Assembly (NCBI GenBank): GCA_943789065.1
Contig: CALSSQ010000001.1
Location: forward strand, 523,827-587,826
Reading direction: 5' to 3'
DNA from: an uncultured Candidatus Actinomarinales bacterium
Lineage (GTDB): Bacteria; Actinomycetota; Acidimicrobiia; Actinomarinales; Actinomarinaceae
DNA length: 64,000 nucleotides
Shown: piece after piece, positions 11,069-19,615 of the stretch
How the letters are laid out: each line of letters starts with the position of its first letter
How positions within the stretch are numbered: position 1 is the first letter of the stretch
The notes under the pieces: generated by a model
Told to the model about the DNA's origin: nothing
Database searches by the model: none
The model's input: the letters and a program-made list of their open reading frames with translations, nothing else
Position numbers and translations under genes: made by a program

Positions 11069-11776
11069 TTAAATTGTACTCAGCCAATCAAGGTTCATGA
11101 AAATAAGAAGATCTTGAAACAACGATGCCAAAATATACATTTTATCGGTAAATATCAAAAGGCCGATAGAGATTAAAACTAAACCAGATATTTTTGAGGA
11201 ATATTTTTGGAATGCAATAAATATCTTATTTTTAAAACTAAATTTTCCTGATAAAACAGAGATGAGAATAAATGGAATAGATAGACCTAACGAGAAGCTA
11301 ATCAATAAGCCTACACCCCTATATAGAGTTGCGGAATTTGAAGTTAAAGTTAACAGAGCCCCCAATACAGGTCCAATACATGGAGTGAAACCAAAAGCAA
11401 AAGTTAAACCTAAAACAAAATTCTTAAATGTTGAATATTTTTTTATATCAATATAGTTTGCTGAGTAAAAGTATTTCATGTTGAATGTAGGAAAAAGTAA
11501 TAACAATCCAAAGCATATTATTATTAGTCCACTGACCATACCAAGTGTCGAGGAATTTCTTGTGAAGAAAGATCCGACTGAGGATGCTATGGCAGCCAGA
11601 GATATGAAAACTATTGAAAACCCTAAACAAAATTCTAACGAACCTCTAAACCTATTTTGTATTGTGTTCTCGGCCCCTGAAAATATAGTGAGATATCCAG
11701 GCACTAACGGTAACACACAAGGTGAGAAAAAAGATAACATTCCAAAAACAAACGATAGAAAAATATTTACTTCCAT
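11069..11776 (-). CDS. ccdA: Cytochrome c biogenesis / thiol-disulfide transporter CcdA
   Basis: GMLSFFSPCVLPLVPGYL and FGFTPCIGPVLG; six-TM pattern. Confidence 0.92.
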   Translation of the reverse strand: MEVNIFLSFVFGMLSFFSPCVLPLVPGYLTIFSGAENTIQNRFRGSLEFCLGFSIVFISLAAIASSVGSFFTRNSSTLGMVSGLIIICFGLLLLFPTFNMKYFYSANYIDIKKYSTFKNFVLGLTFAFGFTPCIGPVLGALLTLTSNSATLYRGVGLLISFSLGLSIPFILISVLSGKFSFKNKIFIAFQKYSSKISGLVLISIGLLIFTDKMYILASLFQDLLIFMNLDWLSTI

Positions 11777-11795
11777 AGATTAAATATATATATGA

Positions 11796-12443
11796 TTAGG
11801 TATTAAGAGATAAATAGTACTTACAAGAATTGTTAAAATCACAAACGTCACATAATGGTTTTTTTGCATCACAAATGTCTCTTCCAAATTGCACAAAACT
11901 CATTGAAAGATATCGCCAAAAGTCTTTAGGAAAAAGCAATTTTAATTCTTTTTCAGTTTGGACTGGGTCATGTCTTTTAGTTGAAAGCCCAAGTCTGTGA
12001 GAGACCCTCAGTACATGGGTGTCAACAGCTATAGTTGGGTGATCAAATGTTTCTGCAAGAAAAACTGATGCTGTTTTTCTTCCAACGCCAGGGAGTTTTA
12101 CAAGTTCTTCAATTGTCTTAGGAATCCTTGAGTTATATTCTTTTACAAGTATTTTGGATAATGCATGTATGTTCTTAGATTTAACTTTATAAAAACCTGT
12201 AGAGAATACAAGTCTTTCAATACTTTTTAATTTTGCAGATCCCAATGATTTCGCATTTGGATATTCCTTAAACAGCCCCTTAGTAGCTTTATTTACATTT
12301 TCATCTGTCGTTTGAGCTGAAAGGACAATCGAAACAAGTAGCTGAAACTGCGTTCTGTATTTGAGAATTGTTTTGATATCAGAGTATTCTTTACGAAGAT
12401 ATGCATGAAATTTTTTAGCTAGCTGATTTAATTCTTTGCTCAT
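11796..12443 (-). CDS. nth: Endonuclease III
   Basis: LSAQTTD, HhH LPGVGRKTA, AVDTHV, 4Fe-4S motif C-x6-C-x2-C-x5-C. Confidence 0.95.
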   Translation of the reverse strand: MSKELNQLAKKFHAYLRKEYSDIKTILKYRTQFQLLVSIVLSAQTTDENVNKATKGLFKEYPNAKSLGSAKLKSIERLVFSTGFYKVKSKNIHALSKILVKEYNSRIPKTIEELVKLPGVGRKTASVFLAETFDHPTIAVDTHVLRVSHRLGLSTKRHDPVQTEKELKLLFPKDFWRYLSMSFVQFGRDICDAKKPLCDVCDFNNSCKYYLSLNT

Positions 12444-12483
12444 ATGTCTATTTTAATCTGTATATTAATCTTCATTAGACTGC

Positions 12484-13311
12484 ATGATTAAAAATAAAAA
12501 AACATTGGCTGTTTCTTCATTAATACTCTCTGCCTTATTTTTTGGTGGAACTTTCATAGTGGTTAAAAATTTACTTGATAACTTTTCCCCTATAAATATT
12601 GTTTTTTTAAGATATGCAATAGCCTCGTTACTATTTTTGTTTACTGGAGGTATTCCAACTAAAAAAACGATAAAACCTGGAATTTTAATGGGATTATTTC
12701 TTTGGATTGGGTATGTAACCCAAACTCAAGGTTTACTTACAACATCAACAATAAATTCAGGAGTTGTAACAGGATTTTATATTGTACTTACTCCAATTTT
12801 TTCAAAAATTATAAATAAAACTAATCTTTCACCAAGAAGTTATATTTTTTCGTTAACAGGTTTTATGGGAATATTTCTTATAGCTAGTAATAGTTATGAT
12901 CAATTATTTGGTAACCTCTTTACGCTTGTATGTGCCACTGGATATGCATTACATATTGTTATGGTCGAAAGGTATATAAAAAATCAAAATATCTCACAGT
13001 TAATGTTTGTTCAATCATTTGTAGGTGCTGCACTTTGTCTACCTTTTATAAACCCTTCGCAGTTTAGTTTCAAAATAGAATACGTTTTACCAATTTTGTT
13101 CTTGGGTTTCATAGTGAACTTTGCCGCATTTTATTTGCAACTATTTGGTCAAAAAGAGGTAAATGCTGCAACCGCTGCATTATTACTAAGCCTGGAGGCA
13201 ATCTTTGCCTTAATTATAGGAATACTATACGTAGGTGAAATATTGAACTTTACTAATTGGGCAGGTGTATTTCTGGTGTTGTTATCTATTTTTCTTATTA
13301 TTAGAGAATAG
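12484..13311 (+). CDS. DMT/EamA family transporter
   Basis: Ten-TM duplicated pattern, GGTFIVVK, QTQGLLTTS, LLLSLEAIFA. Confidence 0.88.
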   Translation: MIKNKKTLAVSSLILSALFFGGTFIVVKNLLDNFSPINIVFLRYAIASLLFLFTGGIPTKKTIKPGILMGLFLWIGYVTQTQGLLTTSTINSGVVTGFYIVLTPIFSKIINKTNLSPRSYIFSLTGFMGIFLIASNSYDQLFGNLFTLVCATGYALHIVMVERYIKNQNISQLMFVQSFVGAALCLPFINPSQFSFKIEYVLPILFLGFIVNFAAFYLQLFGQKEVNAATAALLLSLEAIFALIIGILYVGEILNFTNWAGVFLVLLSIFLIIRE

Positions 13312-13564
13312 AATTTTTACTTTGAAGAGTATTCATATATTTCATTATTAGCCTCAACAGCAAAACAAGAAGAAAGAAAATACCTATCAAATAAACAAGA
13401 AGTTTTGGACCTTCTGACACCGGAATAACGCAAGTTACTAAATCATTACATAAGCCAAAACCATCCCCACCTGAGGCAATATTAAATACAATTAGGAGTG
13501 GGTATGCAAGAATTAGAATTAATGAAAGTAAAATAAGAAAAACAATTATTCGTAATAAAAACAT
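13301..13564 (-). CDS. Small two-TM hypothetical membrane protein
   Basis: Two hydrophobic helices around a GGDGFGLCNDLVTC loop; fills the gap between the DMT gene and thyX. Confidence 0.7.
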   Translation of the reverse strand: MFLLRIIVFLILLSLILILAYPLLIVFNIASGGDGFGLCNDLVTCVIPVSEGPKLLVYLIGIFFLLVLLLRLIMKYMNTLQSKNSIL

Positions 13565-13593
13565 ATTTTTTTTATTTTAATATAGTTACATAA

Positions 13594-14256
13594 ATGAAGG
13601 TTAAATTAATAAGTTATTCCAAACCGACTGAAGAATTCTATTCAGATGGTATTACAGATGCCCAGGAATTGGTTGCTTTTTGTGCAAGGGTTTCAAATCC
13701 ATCAAATCAGCTAAATACAGAAACTAGCGAGAAACTTATTAATTATTTAATTAAAAATGCACATTGGTCCCCACTTGAAATGGTTAGTGCTTGTTTGGAA
13801 ATAGAGACAACGCGTGACATAGCTAGGCAGATTTTAAGACATAGGTCATTTAGTTTTCAGGAGTTCAGTCAAAGGTACGCAAACCCCGTTAAGGATTTGG
13901 AATTTAAAATTCGAGAGGCAAGGCTACAGGATGATAAAAATAGACAAAATTCTGTTGAAACCGAGAATGAAGAAATTATATCCAAATGGAATGAACTACA
14001 AGAAGAAGTAATCGAAACTTCAAAGAATGCCTACAACTGGGCTATTGAAGCTGGTATTGCTAAAGAACAAGCTAGATCTGTTTTGCCAGAAGGTAATACA
14101 GTTAGCAGATTGTATATGAATGGAACATTAAGAAGTTGGATACATTATATTCAACTGAGAGCAAGTAATGGCACTCAAAAAGAACATATGGAAATTGCAA
14201 AAGCGTGCGCAGAAGTTATAAATAGTATATTTCCGATGGGTAAAGATTTAAACTAA
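13594..14256 (+). CDS. thyX: FAD-dependent thymidylate synthase
   Basis: HWSPLE, RHRSFSFQEFSQRY ThyX motif, GTQKEH. Confidence 0.96.
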   Translation: MKVKLISYSKPTEEFYSDGITDAQELVAFCARVSNPSNQLNTETSEKLINYLIKNAHWSPLEMVSACLEIETTRDIARQILRHRSFSFQEFSQRYANPVKDLEFKIREARLQDDKNRQNSVETENEEIISKWNELQEEVIETSKNAYNWAIEAGIAKEQARSVLPEGNTVSRLYMNGTLRSWIHYIQLRASNGTQKEHMEIAKACAEVINSIFPMGKDLN

Positions 14257-14462
14257 GAATCTAGTTTGTATTTAAAAACTAAATAATCTTCTGTGATTTC
14301 AAATACTGAATCAGAAATTATCATATAATCTTGATAATCCTTTTCAGCTTGTTTTATAAAGGCTAATCTTTCATCTCCTCCAATTGGTGGCATAGGACGA
14401 TTCTTTACAGCCTCGGCTCTTTCTTTAAATCGGTTTTGAAATTCTTCAATGTTAAATGTCAT
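14253..14462 (-). CDS. Small hypothetical protein
   Basis: 69-aa soluble ORF (RFKERAEAVKNRPMPPIGG) filling the thyX-dnaE gap, with TAATAT 6 nt upstream of the ATG. Confidence 0.75.
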   Translation of the reverse strand: MTFNIEEFQNRFKERAEAVKNRPMPPIGGDERLAFIKQAEKDYQDYMIISDSVFEITEDYLVFKYKLDS

Positions 14463-14475
14463 AGGTTAATATTAA

Positions 14476-17400
14476 TTAATTTTTCAATAATGTGTTAATT
14501 TCATTTCTTAACTGCGTTGTTTTTTTAACTTTTATATTTTTTAATTCAAGAAGCTTCACTCCTTCTTGGTTATTGACTTCCAATTCAACCTTTGATCCTC
14601 CTGGATGCCTTTCTAATAATTCTTTTAATAAAATTAAATTTTTCTTATCCATAATTTCTTCCTGTACTGAAATCTTCAATGGTGTAATATCTAAATCAGT
14701 CAATAATTTCGATGGTTCTATTAGTTCGAAATCTCTAGCTCTAATATTATTTTCAGTTCCTCCAACATATGTACCAGAAACTTTCAGATACAATTCACCA
14801 TCTAGCTGTGCATTATATTTTTCTACAAGTTTATTAAAAACAAGAACACCTAGGGAGCCAGTAGATTCTTGAAGGTCAAATTGAATCCACGCATTTCCTC
14901 TTCTTGATACCCTTTTTTGAACATTGGATACTAAGCCGGTTATGGCGACACTGACTTCTTCGTCTTCTTCTATATCCATAAGCTCAATAATGGAATGGGT
15001 AGATTCAGATCTAAATATCTCTCCATACCCTTCTAAGGGATCCTCACTAACAAAAAACCCTAGCATCTCTCTTTCTCTGTCAAGAAGTTCCTTTTTATCC
15101 CATTCAACATTTTTTATGGTCGTGAGTTCGCTTGTTTGTTCGTCAAAGTCAAAGAGAGATGCTTGAGAGTTGTCTTTTTCTTTCTTTAAACCTTTAGCAT
15201 CTTCTATAAGGTCAATTATTGATTCGTATAAACCTCTTCTAGGTAATCCAAAGTGATCAAAAGCTCCACCTTGAATCATGGCTTCGACTCCCCTTTTGTT
15301 TAAAGATCTGGAATCTGTACGTGCTAAAAAATCCTGTACTGTCTCGTATTTTCCACTCTCCCTTTCTGCTACAATTTTTTCCGCTGTTATATCACCGACA
15401 TTTCTAATAGCTGACAATCCAAACAAAATTTCTCCATTGGCGACAGAAAAATCTTCAATACTTAAATTAATGTCAGGAGTCTTCACATTTACTCCAAGCT
15501 CCCTAGCTTCAGCAAGAAATATAGCGGTTCTATCCTTATCTCTCTTAACAGCAGTTAAACATGCTGATAGATACTCTGCGGGGTGATTTGCTTTGAGATA
15601 GGCCGTTTGATAAGCAATAAGAGCATAAGGAACTGAGTGACTCTTGTTAAATCCGTACCCAGCAAAAAATGCTATTTGATCGAAGAGTTCGATTGAAAAC
15701 TGTTCTGAATAACCATTACTAATAGCTCCATCAGTAAATTTTTTTCTTTGTTGCTCCATAACTTTTGGTATTTTCTTACCCATTGCCTTTCGGAGATCAT
15801 CGGCTTCGTCTAACTGGAATGCTGAGATTTTTTGAGCAATTTGCATAACTTGTTCTTGATATAAAATTACACCATATGTTTCTTCTAATATCTCTTTGAG
15901 ATCTGGATGTAAAAACTCTATCTCTTTTTTACCTGTTGCCCTATCTGCAAATTCAATATGCATATTTGCACCCAAAGGTCCGGGTCTTATTAAAGCAACT
16001 AAAGCAACGATTTCTTCAAACCTAGTAGGTTTCAAACTTCTTGAAGTAATTTGAGCTATTCTACTCTCAAGTTGGAAAACTCCAATCATGCGTCCTGTTG
16101 AAAATAATTCGAATGTTTTTTTGTCATCTAATGGAATTTCATCAATATTAAAATCTTCATTACTAATAAGCTCAACAGTTCTATCAATAATTGAAAGATT
16201 CCTAAGACCTAAAAAATCCATTTTTAACAACCCAAGTTGTTCTACAGTGTGCATTTCAAACTGAGTTACTAACTCTGCATCTTTTCCTTTTTTTTGTACC
16301 GGTAAATAATTTGTGATAGCTTCGGGAGATATGACGACAGCGGCAGCATGGATTCCATCTTGTCTTCTTAAGCCCTCGAGTCCAAGTGCTATATCAATTA
16401 TTCTTTTAACCTCCTCATCATTTTTATATTGATTTCTTAATTCAGATGATGCAGTGTAAAACTCTTTACTATAGCCACTATTATTTTCCTCATCTAACTG
16501 CAAACATTCACCCAGTGTTGCAGTATTTCCTAATATCATAGGTGGCATGAGTTTTGCAACCTTATCTCCTGCTGAAAATGGAAGACCTAATACTCTCGAT
16601 GCATCGCGAATAGCTTGTTTTGCTTTAATGGTTGCAAAGGTAACTATGTGAGCAACTTTATCTTCTCCATATTTTCCAATAACATAATCGATAACATCTT
16701 TTCGATAACGTTCATCAATATCCATATCAATATCAGGTAGTTCTTTACGGCCTTTATTGAGGAATCTTTCAAAGAGTAACCCATATTTCAAGGGTTCTAT
16801 TCCTGTTATCCCAAGACAATATGAAACAATAGATCCTGCAGCAGAACCCCTTCCTGCACCAGTTCTGATATTATTTTCTTTTGCATACTGAATAAGATCT
16901 CCGACGATTAAGAAATAAGAAGCAAACCCCATAGAATTAATAACTTCAAGTTCATACTCTATTCGTTCAGTAATCTCATCAGTTAATTCTTGGTATACAG
17001 ACTTTGCACCTTCGTAGACAAGATTTTTAAGATAGTCTTCAACGGTTAAGTTTGGAACATCAATCGGAAAAGCTGGGAGATAATACTTCCCAGATTCAAA
17101 ATTGTATTCAACTCTATCAGCTATTTCCAAAGTGTTGTCACAAGCACCTGGGTACTCAGAGTCATTAAAAAGTGTTCTCATCTCCTCCGAAGATTTAACA
17201 TAATATCCTTCTCCTTCAAACTTAAATCTCGAATCGTCATCAATAGTGGCGTTAGTCTGTACGCAAAGCAACGCATCATGAGCAGAGGAATCTTCAGGGT
17301 TTACGTAGTGTGAATCATTTGTTGCAACTAGTGGAGCTGAAAGCTCATTTGATATTTTTAATAAATCCGGAAGTATTATTTCTTGTTGTTTAATCCCATG

Positions 17401-17970
17401 GTTATGAAGTTCTATATAAAAATTTTCTCTACCATAAATGCTTTGATACAACTCTGCCTTTTCAAGTGCTTTCTGATAGCTTCTTTCACCTTGATTGTTA
17501 CCCTCTTCTATTGAGCCGTCTGGAGCCAAATGCTGGGCAACCTCTCCTCCAAGGCATCCAGATAAAGCTATGACACCTTTTGAATGGTTTCTTAATAATT
17601 CATAATCAAGCCTGGGCTTGTAGTAATAACCCTCTGTAAAGGCTTTGCTAGCAAGTTGTACAAGATTCCAGTACCCTTCATTATTTTCTGCTAAAAGTGT
17701 TAAATGGTAACGTTTGTTTTTATTTCTATCTGGTCGGTCAAATCTAGATCCTGTTGTGATGTAGGCTTCATATCCGATAATGGGTTTTACTCCATTTTTT
17801 TTGGCTATGTTATGAAATTCCAAAGCACCATAAAGATTTCCATGGTCAGTAATCGCAGCTGCTGGTTGGTGAAGCTCTTTTACCCTATCTATGTATGTTT
17901 GTATTTTTGCAGCTCCATCCAGCATTGAATACTCAGTGTGGGCATGTAGGTGGACAAAGGATTTACTCAT
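14476..17970 (-). CDS. dnaE: DNA polymerase III alpha subunit
   Basis: PHP HLHAHTEYSMLDG, GRGSAAGS, PDIDMD, GLLKMDFLGL, YGFNKSH. Confidence 0.98.
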   Translation of the reverse strand: MSKSFVHLHAHTEYSMLDGAAKIQTYIDRVKELHQPAAAITDHGNLYGALEFHNIAKKNGVKPIIGYEAYITTGSRFDRPDRNKNKRYHLTLLAENNEGYWNLVQLASKAFTEGYYYKPRLDYELLRNHSKGVIALSGCLGGEVAQHLAPDGSIEEGNNQGERSYQKALEKAELYQSIYGRENFYIELHNHGIKQQEIILPDLLKISNELSAPLVATNDSHYVNPEDSSAHDALLCVQTNATIDDDSRFKFEGEGYYVKSSEEMRTLFNDSEYPGACDNTLEIADRVEYNFESGKYYLPAFPIDVPNLTVEDYLKNLVYEGAKSVYQELTDEITERIEYELEVINSMGFASYFLIVGDLIQYAKENNIRTGAGRGSAAGSIVSYCLGITGIEPLKYGLLFERFLNKGRKELPDIDMDIDERYRKDVIDYVIGKYGEDKVAHIVTFATIKAKQAIRDASRVLGLPFSAGDKVAKLMPPMILGNTATLGECLQLDEENNSGYSKEFYTASSELRNQYKNDEEVKRIIDIALGLEGLRRQDGIHAAAVVISPEAITNYLPVQKKGKDAELVTQFEMHTVEQLGLLKMDFLGLRNLSIIDRTVELISNEDFNIDEIPLDDKKTFELFSTGRMIGVFQLESRIAQITSRSLKPTRFEEIVALVALIRPGPLGANMHIEFADRATGKKEIEFLHPDLKEILEETYGVILYQEQVMQIAQKISAFQLDEADDLRKAMGKKIPKVMEQQRKKFTDGAISNGYSEQFSIELFDQIAFFAGYGFNKSHSVPYALIAYQTAYLKANHPAEYLSACLTAVKRDKDRTAIFLAEARELGVNVKTPDINLSIEDFSVANGEILFGLSAIRNVGDITAEKIVAERESGKYETVQDFLARTDSRSLNKRGVEAMIQGGAFDHFGLPRRGLYESIIDLIEDAKGLKKEKDNSQASLFDFDEQTSELTTIKNVEWDKKELLDREREMLGFFVSEDPLEGYGEIFRSESTHSIIELMDIEEDEEVSVAITGLVSNVQKRVSRRGNAWIQFDLQESTGSLGVLVFNKLVEKYNAQLDGELYLKVSGTYVGGTENNIRARDFELIEPSKLLTDLDITPLKISVQEEIMDKKNLILLKELLERHPGGSKVELEVNNQEGVKLLELKNIKVKKTTQLRNEINTLLKN

Positions 17971-17999
17971 AAAAACATATTAAAAGTATTTTTTAATAA

Positions 18000-18710
18000 T
18001 TACACATCTAACACTCGATTAAAAAAAGAAGGTACATCAGAGCTGAAAGAATATTTTTCATTGTCTAGTGTAAATTTTAATACAGCAGAATGAAGCGCAA
18101 TTGAATTTTCTGGAATTATATGATTTTTAGATGCGTTATAAAGTGTGTCGTTAAGTATCGGTGTTTTCATATATTCCATGTGAGCTCTGATTTGATGATT
18201 CCTTCCTGTTATAAGGTCGAGTTCAATCTTTGAGATATTAAAATCTTCATAAAAATTTAGTAACTCATACTTAGTAATTGAATTTCGTCCATTAGTGTCA
18301 ACGGTTCGTTTACTACGATTTTTCAATGAACGGGCTAATGGAAGGTTTAAAATTCCAGAATCTGAAGGGAGAGCTCCCTCAATTAAAGCAACATAAGATT
18401 TTGTGATTTCTCTATTCTTGAATTTATCTTTTAGAAGATTATAAGATTCCAAATTCAGAGCACAAACTATTAGTCCTGATGTGACTCTATCTAATCTATG
18501 AACAATTCCCTCTCTATTTTCCTCACCCCAAGATAAAATGCCTGGATGCTCATCCACGAGATAGTCTCGTAAAGTTAATTCTGTAGATTTATTAGTAGGG
18601 TGAGTAAGTAAACCGTTAGGTTTATTAAAAATAATGAAATTATCATCTTCGTAGACTACTTTTATGTTACTTATTTTTGAACTCCGAAAATAACAATATG
18701 GTGATTCCAA
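18000..18710 (-). CDS. RluA-family pseudouridine synthase without S4 domain; start uncertain
   Basis: KVVYEDD, NKPNGL, HRLDRVTSG, GRNHQIRAH. The only upstream in-frame start is a TTG 44 nt inside lspA. Confidence 0.88.
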   Translation of the reverse strand: MESPYCYFRSSKISNIKVVYEDDNFIIFNKPNGLLTHPTNKSTELTLRDYLVDEHPGILSWGEENREGIVHRLDRVTSGLIVCALNLESYNLLKDKFKNREITKSYVALIEGALPSDSGILNLPLARSLKNRSKRTVDTNGRNSITKYELLNFYEDFNISKIELDLITGRNHQIRAHMEYMKTPILNDTLYNASKNHIIPENSIALHSAVLKFTLDNEKYSFSSDVPSFFNRVLDV

Positions 18711-19125
18711 TGCTTATTAAGGAATCAGCAAAGTTAAAACTTGGAATAAACAGCAGTTCTACAAAATCTGTTACTTTCCCGCCGTTGTTAGTCACTAAAT
18801 TCCAACCTCTTTCAGATAAGTTCCCTAGCGCACCTCCAAGTATTAAAATGTAGGAATAAAGTTCAAGTGAACTATTTTTAGAATCTTTTATTTGGAACAC
18901 CAACCAAACTAGAACTAATAAAGAAACCACATACGTAGCATTTGTGTAATCGCTCAGAAATCCGAAAGCTATGCCAGTATTGTAAGTAAGGTCGATAGTT
19001 AAAAAGTTTTCTATTAAGACCAACTCTTGAATATTTTCAATTCTGACATAATACTTTGTTAAATTATCTATCAGAGCTAAAGAAATTACTGTAATAGTTG
19101 GGTATAGGTACTTTTTAAGAGTCAA
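18667..19125 (-). CDS. lspA: Lipoprotein signal peptidase II
   Basis: DNLTK, NTGIAFG, GGALGNL, VTDF and FNFAD motifs. Confidence 0.93.
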   Translation of the reverse strand: MTLKKYLYPTITVISLALIDNLTKYYVRIENIQELVLIENFLTIDLTYNTGIAFGFLSDYTNATYVVSLLVLVWLVFQIKDSKNSSLELYSYILILGGALGNLSERGWNLVTNNGGKVTDFVELLFIPSFNFADSLISIGITILLFSEFKNK

Positions 19126-19492
19126 TTAAAACGGCACAATCTTTACAGTTTGATGAATAGGGCAAAGCCTCTAGTCTTGCTACCGGAATAGCAATTCCAC
19201 AATTTTCACATATACCGTATTTTTTCTTCTTTATGAGAAAAAGTGCGTGCTCAACTTGATTCAAGAGATATTTTGTATTTTCATCCAAAGTTAACTCTTT
19301 TTCTAATTCAAAAGCCATTGAACCACCATCAGCTTCTGATGGATCTGGACTTCTTTCAGCTGAACCTTCAGAAAGCCTGACTTTTTCGCGTTCTTCTTGG
19401 TGTCTTTCTAAAATGCCTTTAAGGTTTACTTGTTCTTGTTCAAGTTTTTTCTTGAATTTATTAACGGTATTAGCTGATAATTTTCTTGTCAT
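19115..19492 (-). CDS. TraR/DksA family C4-type zinc finger protein
   Basis: Coiled coil followed by YGICENCG...RLEALPYSSNCKDC. Confidence 0.9.
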   Translation of the reverse strand: MTRKLSANTVNKFKKKLEQEQVNLKGILERHQEEREKVRLSEGSAERSPDPSEADGGSMAFELEKELTLDENTKYLLNQVEHALFLIKKKKYGICENCGIAIPVARLEALPYSSNCKDCAVLIDS

Positions 19493-19615
19493 ATATATTT
19501 CCTATTAATTTAAATATCTTAGTAAATTTCCACGAAAAGTTAAGTATTTTATAAACTTTTAAATAATCTTTATTAATGACATATTTAATTGAAAAAGCTT
19601 TAAAATTTTAAAGAT

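Noticed and set aside
9130..14470. Possible genomic island at tRNA-Leu
   Set aside because: No integrase, no duplicated tRNA 3' end seen, no obvious compositional shift, and it contains housekeeping genes (nth, ccdA, ygfZ).
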